From: Catajapyx aquilonaris
Taxonomy: Eukaryota
Direction: 5' to 3'
Length of the DNA: 64,000 bases
Assembly (NCBI GenBank): GCA_000934665.2
Contig: JYFJ02001690.1
Location: forward strand, 1-64,000
Of the stretch, positions 13,450 to 25,348 are shown one piece after another. Every line of letters starts with the position of its first letter. The first letter of the stretch is position 1. The translations under genes and the position numbers were made by a program. The notes below the pieces were generated by a model. The model did not search any database. It was given only the letters and a program-made list of their open reading frames with translations, and was not told where the DNA came from.

Positions 13450-16400
13450 GATACCCCGTGATAAGCCTCCTTGGGCTTTTTAGGGGATCATCTTTTTAAG
13501 TGACCGACTTTAATCATTGCCTTTGATGCGATGGATTTTAATAGTGGGGGGAAACGGGAGAACCCCGAGAAAACCCACGCGAACACTGAGAGAACCCATC
13601 AAAACTCTATCCACATAAACATCCTCTTTCCGATCCGGGGATCGAACTCTGGACCTTAGAGGTGGAAGGCTGTGGCGCTAACCACTCGGCCACCATGTCG
13701 CCCCCATTACTGACATAATTGTCTTTAATCAAAGAGTGCATTATACCATCTCCTATCTCCCATGTTCTATGTAGCGGATACAACTGTGACACTTCCATCG
13801 ACTTGGCCACTGCCTGCTACACCTAATCCTAATGGGATCACAGTTTAAATTAAAACTTCACTGTGACACCTCAAATACAGGGTGATCCAACTTTATCGCC
13901 CCAACAGTTATTGTAAAAATTGCGCAAGCTGCTACTTTTTAAGCAGCTACTTGCTAAGAGTTACTTTCTCGAGTATCTGGAATAGCACCTGCTGATATTA
14001 GGTCCAATGCCCATGTACCAATATTATTAATGACCTATTTATTGACACAACCGGGTCTGTCCTGTTCGATGGATTAGCCCTCTGATTGGCAGCTAGTGAC
14101 CTCATCTGAATCCCTCCATGGACAACCCTTTTTTCCCTCATTAATTGCTACATGGGCATTGGACCTAATATCAGTAGGTGCTATTCCAGATACTCGACAA
14201 AGTAACTCTTAGCAAGTAGCTGCTTAAAAAGTAGCAGCTTGCGCGATTTTTACAATAACTGTTGGGGCGATAAAGTTGGATCACCCTGTATAAATGAAAA
14301 GGGCAAGGTGACTTGCAGGGATTGTATACAAGTCGCAAGATTTTATACCTTCCAATTACAACTCATTATCTCGGTAACAAGGCTGCACCGAAGCAGGTTG
14401 GCATGGTGGATAAGGCGTCTGACTGCTAATCGGGAGGTCCTGGGTTCGAATCCCGGGGCCGGCAACCCTGACCGTGGTTTTCTGTGGTTTTCCACGGTCT
14501 TTCTAGGATAATTCAGGGGTCGTTTCCGTATAATAGGCCACAGCCGCTTCCTTCCTTCCCTATCCTTGGAAGTTGAAAGGCAATGCTGGGCCAACCTCCC
14601 TAATATCAATTAATTCAGTAACAAGGCTGCAGAGGTGAAATGATGTCTTTATGAAGTGATCCTCTAGTCCCCAGTTTACCCTGGAAGTTTGTTGTGTTAT
14701 GGAACACACTACATATTAAGGGGGCGATCAAGAGAATTTGTATCTTCTTCGAGTTCCAACTCTGGCCGAAAGAGGAGACACTCGATGCCACCCTCCCTAC
14801 ATAAAAGAAGGGTTGCATTTGCGGTTGACCATTCCCTCTATGCACAATAAAAACTGTGGAAATTAGGGTTCTCCCAACTGCTAGTAGTACTCAAATCAGT
14901 CAAATTTTGGCAAAATTATTATTTGCCGGAAAGGTATAGCTAAACATAAAAATCAGCTTCATTGGTCAGGAGCACCAATTTTTTGCACATTTTTGGGTGC
15001 TTGTTATGAGATCACTTAAAGGGACACGCCACTCAAAATACAAGTTGGCCCCCAAAAATTGGGCAAAAAATCCTGATTCCGAATGTGCAATTGGTTTTTT
15101 TCTCCGCCCAACGGTAACACGGAAAATCACGGAAAATCATATATCTACACACGTCGTCTGCTAAGAAGGGCGATACAGCACCATCCCGCGGCAAACCGGA
15201 GAAGTATAACGCGCACAGTAAACACCTGCCGCGCCAGGCGTGCCTGGTCTAGTTCCGCCCGGTTCCACTCTGGTGGCGTCGCCACCTGTGCCCACCGCCC
15301 CGCGCGCGGTTTTCGAACGACACACTTCCAGCTTTCACACTGGCCTTACCGTTCGTCTCTAAGAAAAACTGCTTATACCCTCGGAATCAGGATTTTTTGC
15401 CCGATTTTTAGAACCCAACTTGTATTTTGAGTGGCGTGTCCCTTTAACATTTCGCAACGGTGTAAATTACTCCTGCATGCAAGTGGTTTTTAAAAATACT
15501 ATATTAATAATATGTAAAAAGTACCACAAACATGTGTAAGACAGATGTCAGTTACACTTACACAGAATTTTTTTTGGTTCTGCTATTGTTAGTTAGCGAG
15601 AATTTTACTTCCAAATTCTCTTTATCCCCCCCTTAATTTGTACATTCCTGAAATATTAGAAGCTAATAATTTGATACCTTGTGATAGAGAGGATTTTTAA
15701 CCACCCCCAACTAGCCAGGAGCTAGAACAATATTGTATATTTATACTTCATTAACCAAGAAAAATACTTCACATGCCAGCTGACAGTGAGCAAAGCTTTT
15801 GTTTATGTAGCCTTGATTTGATGCTTCCATGTCTTCTTTCCCCAGAAAAGTTGCAGCAATCTTCAACTCTGCATCGAACTCTGACCTATCCTCTTGCGAT
15901 GCTGGGTCTCCTCTTCATGACAGCTCTAGCAGTGCTCCTGGTCCTTCACAATACACTGCAGCTCCTTGTTGGAATTAAAGCACTACCTCTGAAGCAAGTC
16001 CAGGTACATCTACAGACACCATCAATGTTGCCAATTTCTTTTGTGCAAGCACAATCTGTTTCCCTTCTCTCACACGCTCTCGGCAAGCTCAGAAGCGGCT
16101 GCGTCCGATGAGTGTTTCTTTCCACTCCAGTCTCGAGGTGTACATGCATGATTCTTGTGAAAGCAAAGTACAATCATCCTAATACTTATTTCCCTATTTC
16201 AGCAATTTTCGTTGGGCCTGTCTTCACTGTCCAGCCTGGGACCACCTGGAGCTGCCATTCAGGTGGTGCTCATCGTGTACCTTTTGGCCACATCGTTGGT
16301 GGGACTTTACTCCCTTCCCTTTGTGCGCCATCTTCGTCCAAAGAAGCATCAAACACCTGTGGCCCAACTGGTGCTCAACTGTGCTCTCGTACTCATTCTC

Positions 16401-19400
16401 TCATGTGCACTCCCTCTACTAGCTAGAATACTTGGTATGTTGTAATTGTTAATGTCCTGTACAAAGGGTCCACAACCTTTGTTGACTGCAGTTCTCTTAA
16501 CAAGAGATCCTAATTTACATATTCATAGAATTTTATCAAGAGGTGGTATTGGCCAGAGGAAATTTTAAAAAGAATGTGCATGTTTGGATCAGTATATGTT
16601 TCACCTGATGACCCTGCTACCCACCAGTGGGTTGTGGTCAGGACTAGGACAATCACTTGCCGAGACATTGATTCATCATTCACCCACATTCATTAAGCAG
16701 TGTCATGAATAAATTTATACGGAGAAAATCAATGCAAGAAGAGTAAACTCGAGACTTTATGCTGGTCTTGCCCATCTAGGGCAAGAACTACTTCTGGCCC
16801 ATTGTGAAGCTACCAGACTTGATTGTGAGGGAGGAAGGGTATGGGTTGTGTAGGCGTAGTTGGGATGTTGCTTATGGTAAGCATATGCAACACCCCCACC
16901 CTCAACTCAGCATGTCAGTTCAGCTGCACATTTGGCCAGCAGTAGTAGCTTACAGTCAACTACTATATCTACTTTGATTCCATCAAAGTGGCATTAATTT
17001 TTCAGGTGCATTGTTTACACATTGTACCCAGAATTTGCTTGGGAACAAGCTCATTGCACATTTAAGTTAACTTCCCTTCTAATGACAAAATTGTCGTCAA
17101 TGTTCAGTCACATAATTAGATAACTTATCAACTAAAATCCAAACTAACAATGATGATGATAATAATGGATACCCCGTGATGGGCCTCTTAGGGGATAATC
17201 TTTTATTCAACCGTCTTTAATCATTTCCTTTGGTGTGATGGATTTTGATTGTGGGAGGAACCGGGAGAACCCCGAGAAAATCCATGCGAACACGGAGAGA
17301 ACCCATCGAAACTCTATCCACATAAGTATCCTCCATCCGACCCGGGGATCGAACTCGGGACCTTAAAGGTGGAAGGCTGCGACGCTAACCACTCCGCCAC
17401 CGTGTCGCCCACTAAAATCCAAATTGTCACAGCCTTGTAGATCTGTCTGAGATGCCAAGCTTGTGTTTTTTACTGGCTCCTCCGTCAAAAAAGATAATTA
17501 AGTAAGAGAAAGGCTCAACCCTAATGAGTTATGGGAAAATATTTGATAAATTCTTATGACAATTTGGTGTAATCTGAGATTTTCCCTCTGCATTGTTATG
17601 ACTGGGCAGAAGTACGAGGAATACTTACCATTTTGACTTTGCAGAGGTTGATCAGGAAATATTGACTTGGATTGATGGAATGGAATCCCTAATCTGGTGT
17701 TGTAACCTTTGTTTACATCTCATTAAGAGTTGCCAGACAGGAATGTGACGTACTGGTGGCACTGCGAGCTGATGCGGAAAAAGAGTGAATCGAACCGATT
17801 TATTAGTTGCTTATTCATCGCTTCAATTTGCTCTTTTGCCACAGCAGCTCTTTTGCCATAGCAGCTCTTGGTGCCACCAGTACTGGTACTTCACCATTCC
17901 TGTCCAGCACTGAACAGCAGTGTGTTCTTGACCCAATACGCAGGGTGTTCCAACAAGTCTGGTACACTTGTTTTGTTGATGACGATGTCTAAAATTTCAG
18001 TAGTGCCAAGTTAGCACATTACACTTATGATATATGAGAATCACGTGAGCTTATCAGTTAAACACATACCAAATACAATATGTGCTTATTAATCAAACTA
18101 GAAATTTTGGAACAGTGAGCCCCAACTTACAATGCCAGTTTTGGATCGAGTCACAGTATAACTTTGGGGGTTGACTGGAAAGAAGCTTATTTATGTTTTT
18201 TGATCAGAAAACTTGTGTGAAAAATCACTTACATTCATGTAAATGTACCAAATATTTGTAGATGTTGATGGTGTCAGTGAGCTGCTCTAGTTACTTTCTA
18301 GTTATTCAGTCTGTACCCGCGGAATATAGTTATAACTGACTTATGTATATCAATTTGTGACACATTGTAGTGTTTATGGCATAAAGTCCTTCTGTCCCAT
18401 CATACGTTACTTTGAGACTCTAGACAACTCGATCATCTGTCACGTTAAAAGGATTTGTTTTAGGGGGGCCGCCCCGACTTAGCCTTACAGCCCAACAGTG
18501 AAAAAGAAATTACCCAGATCACAAGGGTATCAAAAATAAACCCATAATAGTGGCATTGCTCTAATAAGGTCCATATTTTGCCATTGAAAGGAATGAAAGA
18601 TGGCGAAAAGGATGTGACTATAGTTCCCGGCTGGCTAACTTGTCAGTCCGCCCACCCAACACTCCGAGCCAATGGCTTGCCTGGATTGGGATGGGGGAAT
18701 GGAGGAGTCGAGGTGAAGTGGGGATGTGTGACATTAACCAAGATATGCCCAGTGTCCCCTACAGGGGACACCTGCCCAGTTGTTACATTTTAATTTTTTT
18801 GCGCAGGTTCTTCTGCTGCTAAAGAGCTGGCAGTAGTGATGGGGGCTTCAGTAGAGTCCCAGCTAACTATACAAGTTCAAACCGGCTCAATATTGCTTCA
18901 GATTTTTAAGATACAGGTGTTTGAATTTTAACGCAGGAAATAATGGCTGCACCTCCACGTTCCGAAGATTATTAGTAATTAATTCTCGAATGTTGATTAG
19001 CATTATGAGTAATTTTTTGTTTGTAATACTTAGAAAACTTATGAATGATGATGTCGATGTGGAAATATAGGAATATTTTTTACTTTCCTTGTCTGAGAGT
19101 AGTGTTGAAATCTGGGGAACGCAAGAGGCAAATGCACCCACATTTGGACTAGTAAAGTATGTGTGTGGATTTTGTACGCTTTGTTGAACTGTATTTTAAT
19201 GAATCTATACAATGAAAATGAGATTACATGGCAATTGGTTAACATGGCAACAATCCTTGATTGTTGATTGTTACTCAGTCACAACCCCTTCTTTTCACTG
19301 CCTATTTCCGTGGTAATGCAATGGACAACAATGAATCATTGGTGATATTATGAAACTATGGATGTTGCTGAATGTCACTGTTGCCATGGTAATGTAATCA

Positions 19401-20143
19401 GCAACTATTATAGCCATACTAGGTTGCATTTTCATGGAATCCCTTATTTATAAGGAACTGCCATTTTCTGGCAAACAAGCATTCAGAAAAATGGTTTATG
19501 TCGAGTTTTGTGCTTTGGGAACTAATGTGAACTAATAGAAACAAGAAAAGTTCAAAAATTCAACAAAAACTTTTCCAGGCATATCTGGGTTAACCGGAAC
19601 AGCCGCCGGAAGCTATGTCAGATGCTTGAAATACATGTGTACATGTGACACGTTAGGAGGCAATCTACTATATAATGTTGTTATCAATGTCTTTCCAGCA
19701 TGAGCATAGCGACAAATAAGGGGAACCAAAGAAAACCCATGGACTTGGCTAATGAAAACATGAAGCCTTGCCCCACACCAGATATCTTCAGTTACCTCAG
19801 TTACTTTTTCTAATTACAGGTATCACTAACTTCGACTTGCTTGGTGATTTCGGTCGCATTGAGTGGCTGGGAAACTTTCATCTTGTACTACTGTACAATG
19901 CAGTTTTTGCAGTCACTGCTGTCTTGTGCCTCATCAAGTACTTTACAACAGCTGTGTGGGCACAAATTGGGAAAAAGTGAGGAAACATTTTTACACTCTT
20001 AAATCATATACCATTGTAAAGAAACAAAATCTGAGTTGTAACTTGTGGTTTCCTCTAGCTTGCGGCAGGTGGGTATGGCAGTGGTGCAGCGACTAAAAGG
20101 AAGGTCAGCAATAAGACTGCAACCATCCCAGAAAGATGATTAA
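6069..20143 (+). CDS. LMBR1: LMBR1/LMBR1L-family multi-pass membrane protein (lilipod-like), 11 coding exons
   Basis: Exons 6069-6128, 10658-10776, 10848-10987, 11072-11175, 12186-12381, 12448-12670, 12725-12900, 15846-16003, 16203-16434, 19820-19976 and 20059-20143, all GT-AG and phase-consistent. Hallmark motifs: DLREQIFHNNVREY, LLPISIVANEVLLLYPASYYVKWLNTSLIQGLWN, FTESEGF, CTPLGFARLF and GITNFDLLGDFGRIEWLGNF. Confidence 0.95.
8760..9087 (-). mobile_element. tRNA-derived SINE, family B
   Basis: Head GGGAGGCGAAGTGGCGCAACGGTAACG with B box GGTTCGATCCC. TSD TGCAGTCAAT at 8750-8759 and 9088-9097. Homologous to the copies at 36455, 43436, 48210 and 59016. Confidence 0.9.
9135..9887. mobile_element. 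Non-autonomous TIR transposon with TTAA TSD (Kolobok-like)
   Basis: TIR AGCGGCATGCCGGT.../...ACTGGCATGCCGCT with subterminal GGCATG repeats. TTAA at 9131-9134 and 9888-9891; purine-rich terminus. Confidence 0.75.
9892..10542. mobile_element. Non-autonomous piggyBac-like element (TTAA TSD)
   Basis: Termini CACTTAACCACCAAC.../...GTTGGTGGTTAAGGG, TTAA on both sides (9888-9891 and 10543-10546), and an internal repeated GCTAC..GTGGGGTC motif. Confidence 0.75.
11807..12014. mobile_element. hAT (Charlie/Buster-like) MITE
   Basis: Termini CAGCGTTTCACAACCT.../...AGGTTGAGAAATGCTG. 8-bp TSD GTGTAGAT/GTTTAGAT (7/8 match, central TA). Confidence 0.8.
13398..13703 (-). mobile_element. tRNA-derived SINE, family D (V-domain-like core), with (ATT)n tail
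   Basis: A box TGGCCGAGTGG and B box AGTTCGATCCC. TSD CCATTACTGACATAAT at 13382-13397 and 13704-13719. Confidence 0.9.
13878..14288. mobile_element. Tc1/mariner-type MITE with ~140-bp TIRs
   Basis: TA-CAGGGTGATCCAACTTTATCGCCCC...GGGGCGATAAAGTTGGATCACCCTG-TA with long, near-perfect inverted arms. Confidence 0.88.
14388..14617 (+). mobile_element. tRNA-derived SINE, family A (alternative short tail)
   Basis: Head CCGAAGCAGGTTGGCATGGTGG...GGTTCGAATCC. TSD GTAACAAGGCTGCA at 14374-14387 and 14618-14631. Confidence 0.9.
15020..15443. mobile_element. Kolobok-like MITE (TTAA TSD)
   Basis: TTAA-AGGGACACGCCACTCAAAATACAAGTTGG...CCAACTTGTATTTTGAGTGGCGTGTCCCT-TTAA. TIR about 60 bp with a CpG-rich interior. 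Confidence 0.8.
17144..17410 (-). mobile_element. tRNA-derived SINE, family D
   Basis: Homologous to 13398-13703. TSD ACTAAAATCCAAA at 17131-17143 and 17411-17423. Confidence 0.9.
17734..17905. repeat. Decayed fold-back inverted repeat (old MITE)
   Basis: GACAGGAATGTGA..GTACTGGTGGCAC pairs with GTGCCACCAGTAC..TCACCATTCCTGTC. Confidence 0.55.
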
Positions 20144-21181
20144 GTGATGGAAGACAGGTGTGACAGAGAAGTGAGGATAGAAGCAAAGGTGAGACCAAAG
20201 TGGTTGAAAGTTTTGGCCAGTATAGACATCAGAAACGAGTCAGGATGGAGAAGCCATAAGATATACTTTTTTTGTGATACCACGGTGGTCACTGATTTAT
20301 TTATGTGTAAATACAGTATGTACCTGTACAGATAGTAAATTCTGCTCAATATGTGGACAGTCTACACAAATCATAAACTTTTCATAGTGCATTTAATTGG
20401 TGCCTTTTTTTGGCAATTACGAGAAGATGCTACAAATGTTTGCATGACATTACAATGCGAGTTCCTTTGAAATCCAAGCCCATGTAATATTCCTCTAGCT
20501 TTCATATGTGTAGTAAAGAGTGTATTATTCTGAATCCTGCTTTTTGTGGTGGAAATTTTCAGCATGGTTGGTTGAATTCTGAAAATGAACATGCAACATT
20601 AATGGTGCCACTACTGCTGCGATCACTATAGGGAAAGTTATATAGGTGTTTCTCATATTGAGAGTGAATGCAATTGAGGAGCACTTTGTCCCATGTTGAT
20701 GAGCTCCATCTGCATCCTGAAACTCTACACATGCATGATTTGTAAAAAGAAAAAAGTCTCTGTGACTGTTGTCAAAGTGAAAGGAGGCTCTTAAGTATTT
20801 CTAGCCATGATCAATCAGGTCCTTTAGCAGTACAGGCTGGGAGCAAACGATGACAGTCTCGGTCACGATACCCCAAAAGGGCAGCTCTGATATCCTCCAG
20901 TGGCCATCTTTGGCTTCCACTTAACTTGCTAGCCAACCAGCTGCCCCCTAGACTGCAACATAAATCAGTGGTCAGCAATATTTATAGTTTGCCATTCATA
21001 GCTACTCACCTCCAAGCAGGAACTAGGAATCCAAAGGCTCCACCAACTACATTGGCCTGTCTCATACTTCCACACACATGACGCTGCCAACATGCCCTGT
21101 CATCACGCATTTTCAGGAAGGCCTCCACTCCACGTGCCAGGTTGAGTGCCATCACCTCTGTTGCTGCACTGGCTAGGATAA

Positions 21182-21189
<8 letters not shown>

Positions 21190-21241
<52 letters not shown>

Positions 21242-21494
21242 GATACCCCGTGTTAGGCCTCCTTGGGCCTCTTAGGGGGTCATCTTTTATTTAACCGACT
21301 CTAATCATTGCCTGCGCTGTGATGGATTTTGATAGCAGGAGGAAACAGGAGAACCCCGAGAATACCCATGTGAACACGGAGAGAACCCATCGAAACTCTA
21401 TCCACATAAGAATCCACTGTCCGATCCAGGGATCGAACTTGGGACCTTAGAGGTGGAAGGCTGCAGCGCTAACCACTCGGCCACCGTGTCGCCT
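21190..21494 (-). mobile_element. tRNA-derived SINE, family D, with (ATT)n tail
   Basis: Homologous to 13398-13703. TSD GGATAAGAGTTAAT at 21176-21189 and 21495-21508. Confidence 0.9.
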
Positions 21495-21929
21495 GGATAA
21501 GAGTTAATTTGGTCATGGGAAAATTACCTATTCGCAAATAAACTGGGCCATGCTTGGTCCTGGCTCAGTACTTTGTCAGTGATTTCTCAGAAAACAATAA
21601 CAATGAAGTAGAGGGCTGTGCCTAGGCCAGTCCAATTTACTTGTGACTGTAAATGCACCCAGTGTTACTGTCAAAAGAAAATTGACTTGCTATGGCTTTG
21701 ATTAAATCACATGGAATATAATATGCTTTATTTTCATAGTGCCAGTGCATGTAGAAAAACTGCGTTGAGATGATACAGGGTCAGTATCCCAGGCTACAGA
21801 AGCATGGTAGGGACCACATACAGCAAAACTAGACAGTTAAGTGTTGCTTTGCTGCCATGAACAACATGCCTCATATCAGCCCCCTGCAACTCATACGATA
21901 TGGCAGTTCTGGGGTGTGGGGATCTTCAT

Positions 21930-22097
21930 AATCTATATTTTAGTTCGTTTGTGAGTTTATCCCTTATAGAAATCCAGGGGAACGCCCCTACACCGCCTTA
22001 AAGTAGCTCCTTGGGGGTTACTTTTTTCGAGGAATTTAACGCTGCATGTTTCAGCTTCCGAAAATGAGCCTAACGCATATTCCCGATTCATCTCACT
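21930..22097 (-). repeat. Dispersed repeat, possibly a non-autonomous Helitron/Helentron 3' part; inverted copy at 47791-47985
   Basis: Shares CCTTATAGAAATCCAGGGGAA..CCCCTACACCGCCTTAAA and GGAATTTAACG..CATGTTTCAGCTTCCGAAAATGA with the reverse complement of 47791-47985. The class assignment is tentative. Confidence 0.6.
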
Positions 22098-24504
22098 GCA
22101 ACCCTCAACAATAACCAACTTAACAATATAACATGCAGTATATCAACATAAATGACAATTTTATCAACGATGACTCTCTTTTCAATTTCCCAATCCCATG
22201 GAGATGCCCTTGCGCAACAATACCTAGCAAATTATAGGTAGAGTCCGGATTTTTAGGCAAATGCCTGTTCAGTTCCTTAACAGTTGGGATGGTTTTGTGA
22301 AGAGGTCTATCAGTTTCATAAGTGCAGGATTTGATAACTATTTTGCCCATTCTGGCTTTTTGCCACTTTTCATGCCTATTTGGCTTGGGATAGTTTTTGA
22401 ACTTTTTGAAGCAATTTGGGGACTTTTTGGACCTATTTCTTCAGAGGCATGTTTGGTTGTTTTTTTAGGAGTATTTTTTGTGCTCCTGAAAGGACCAAAA
22501 TCTTTCAGAATAAGTAATACCTTGGTAATACCAAGGTAATACTACGAATCATGTTCCTGTGACGCACATGCCAAATATTTTTCTAAACTTTCCTCTGATT
22601 GTCCTCTGATTGAAAACAGAAGAAAATTGAGAAGAATATTATTTTGGCAGCATTGTGCAAGTGGAAACTGGCTATAAAGCAGTCGAGTCCAGAGCAAGTG
22701 ATACTTGCTTGCACTTTGTGTTTTTTGCCCAAGTTTCGTGATTTCCTGCCAGTTTATCGTTGTTATTCGGTTTTTGCTATGGTTTGTGACCTTATATTAA
22801 TACTTTAGGGTTTAGGTCTATAAAATATATTATTCTAGCTGTTTTATTTCCTGTAACATTATCCTCCATACTCCCGAAAAAGTAAAAATAAGCCAAAGTT
22901 TGTCACTATCTGTGATAGATTACCTGCTTCGGTTATAGCGTAGTCGACGCAGATATGCTGATCGGATGTGTAAAGAGAGGAATGCAGTTAGAGTTGGCCC
23001 AGGAAAAGACTCCAGCCATGAGTTTTCCTAAAATATACATACCCCTACCTTTACCAGCACCCCAATATACCCAGGCAAGGCCGGGTTACTTGCTAGTCCA
23101 CAATATGGAAGCTGCACTGTGCCCTTTCTCCCACACAATTGAGAATAGAATTGCCTGGGGTGAGAGAGTCTGTTCAGAGATGCACAAGCAGTACAGCATT
23201 AACTATCAGAAAAAGTATGACACTTCAAACACATTTGCTGAAACCTTCTCATTTGTGGGAAAGATCTATGCATATTATTATTAGGGAAGTCTATCGTTTA
23301 TCCGCACCTAGCGACGCGTGCTCCAAACATGTTGGCTACGCGTCGCAAACAACCGGTTGCCGGGACAGCATAACAAATGGCGTCTTCTTACCCCTGCCAC
23401 GCGAACCGTTCAGACGAGTGCTAGGACCACAGTATTAATGAAGGAGGTGGGAAATATGAAAGCCATGATGGTTGCTGCAGTCCGTTAACCCAAAGAAGGA
23501 TATGATGTCACACCAGCCGTGTTTTCTGAGCGTGTGCAGTAGTATGCCTGCAGAGTGAGTCGTGGGCATGATTGGAGGGGAGAGCCGGGTGGTGGCGGGC
23601 GGAACTTGGCGTCATGACTGTGTGAAGGTGTACTTCGCGCTTGGCAAAGCCACAATAGCGTTGGTTGGCCTGCGGCGCCACAAGACGGACAGTCAATGTT
23701 GCGGATACAGAAACCCACAATAAGCGCCCAGCTCCGCTGTCGCTCCGCAAAAACTAAGAATATCACGCACGGGCGACGTACCATGCCTGGCAGGGCCACA
23801 ACAATGTACAGTACTGTTGCGGTAACAAAAAGCCATACAGCAATACCTAGACAAAGGGCTATTCCATCCACTTAATCACCTCAAAATCCCTGTCTGTGTC
23901 CACAAAAAACTGTGTGGGACATCAACTTAAAGTGCTACAAAAGCCCAATGATTGCAGGTGTATAGGTAGATTAGAAAAAATATTTTCACACATTCCATTA
24001 TTGTAGCTTACCGATTATTGAGCCTCTCAATTTTATCAAAAGTGGCTAATTCTTTTGAAGAAAAGGTATTTTTGCTGATTTTTGGGCTGGGACTTGGAAT
24101 CTGGGCAAAAAACATACATTCTCCATCACAACTTCCATGTGCTGCCATGTCATGAATAAGTGGAATGCTTATTAATGTATTATCCTCAAAGTGACACTAC
24201 ACATTATTGTAAGAGAATATTATTTGCTCCACTTTTTTTTATGAAGTTATGCCAAAACTTTCATCTGGCCATGTTAGACGTATCGTCGGTTGCAAGCGCA
24301 TAGCTGTTTTCAAGGCTATTGTTACAGTATGTGGAATGCAATGTGCGTCAGTTGCAAGGGCAGGACTACAGCAAATTGATGTAGCAATTATGATGGTTTT
24401 AGTTGAGAATCCGTCAAGCATTTCACAATGGTCGAGTTCATTCACCCCGAAATGGTGTCATGGAGGAGGTTATTTTGGTCCTTCTTAAGAGACTCCTCAA
24501 TATA

Positions 24505-24700
24505 CAGGGTGTTCCAGATTCGTGGGTCACTTTTTGATAACTGATATCGCCCGATAGCAGTTTTATAGCTTGTTGTGCCCCATTCTACAGCACCTGCTAT
24601 ATTCGACCCCCGGGCACCTGGTTAGGGCCACAACAAGCTACAAAAAATAACTGCTATCGGGCGATATCAGTTATCAAAAAGTGACTCACGAATCTGGAAC
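24505..24700. mobile_element. Tc1/mariner-type MITE (right terminus truncated)
   Basis: TA-CAGGGTGTTCCAGATTCGTGGGTCACTTTTTGATAACTGATATCGCCCGATAGCAG is mirrored at 24650-24700. Confidence 0.8.
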
Positions 24701-25282
24701 AGTATTATGGACTATAACGAGAACATGGATAGGGTCTTTCAGAAATTGTAGGCCACAGATGGCACAGTGGAACTGTTCCAATGGTAATGTTGCACTGCAG
24801 CTTGTCCGTACAAGCCTTGCAAAGGAAGCGCATAGAGGTGAGCTGTACCTTCAAGAAAAGAAGGTAAGAATAAAGGGAGTGTGATGCTATAAGCAGCATT
24901 TTTCCAATAAAAATTCCGAGATAAGGCCGTCTAAAAGCCTGGGGACCTTGCCTGAAGGCATAAAGGAACAGACATAAAGGCATACAGGGCATATAAAAGG
25001 AACCTCCTACGAGAGCCACCTAATTGGAGCTTAACCGATTCCTTATCATTTTTATAGAAGAGGAGGGGGATATTTTTCATAATATACGGAGTGGTGCAAA
25101 AGTTGTGTACAGGCTTGAGCTTGAGGTTCAGATCGATTTTATACCTTCTGACGTAAACACTACAGTCAATATATATTGTCAGCTAATTTTTTGAAGAGAT
25201 AATAAAATTCTTCTTAGTAACATAATTATGTGCCGTTTAATTCCACTTGATATATTCAAAATCATTGACGTTTGCAATATTT

Positions 25283-25348
25283 TATTTTATTTTTATTTTA
25301 TTTATTTAAGTAACCCCATTGTTGGGGCAGAGCTCCTTTAGGGGGAGG
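25283..25348 (-). mobile_element. Severely 5'-truncated retroposon (SINE/LINE 3' tail only)
   Basis: CCCCCTAAAGG...TGGGGTTAC tail plus an A-rich tail, between direct repeats TTGACGTTTGCAATATTT and TTGACGTTTCCAATATTT. Confidence 0.65.

Noticed and set aside
14388..14462. tRNA-like sequences here and at all SINE heads
   Set aside because: They carry A and B boxes but continue into SINE bodies with tails and TSDs. They are not standalone tRNA genes.
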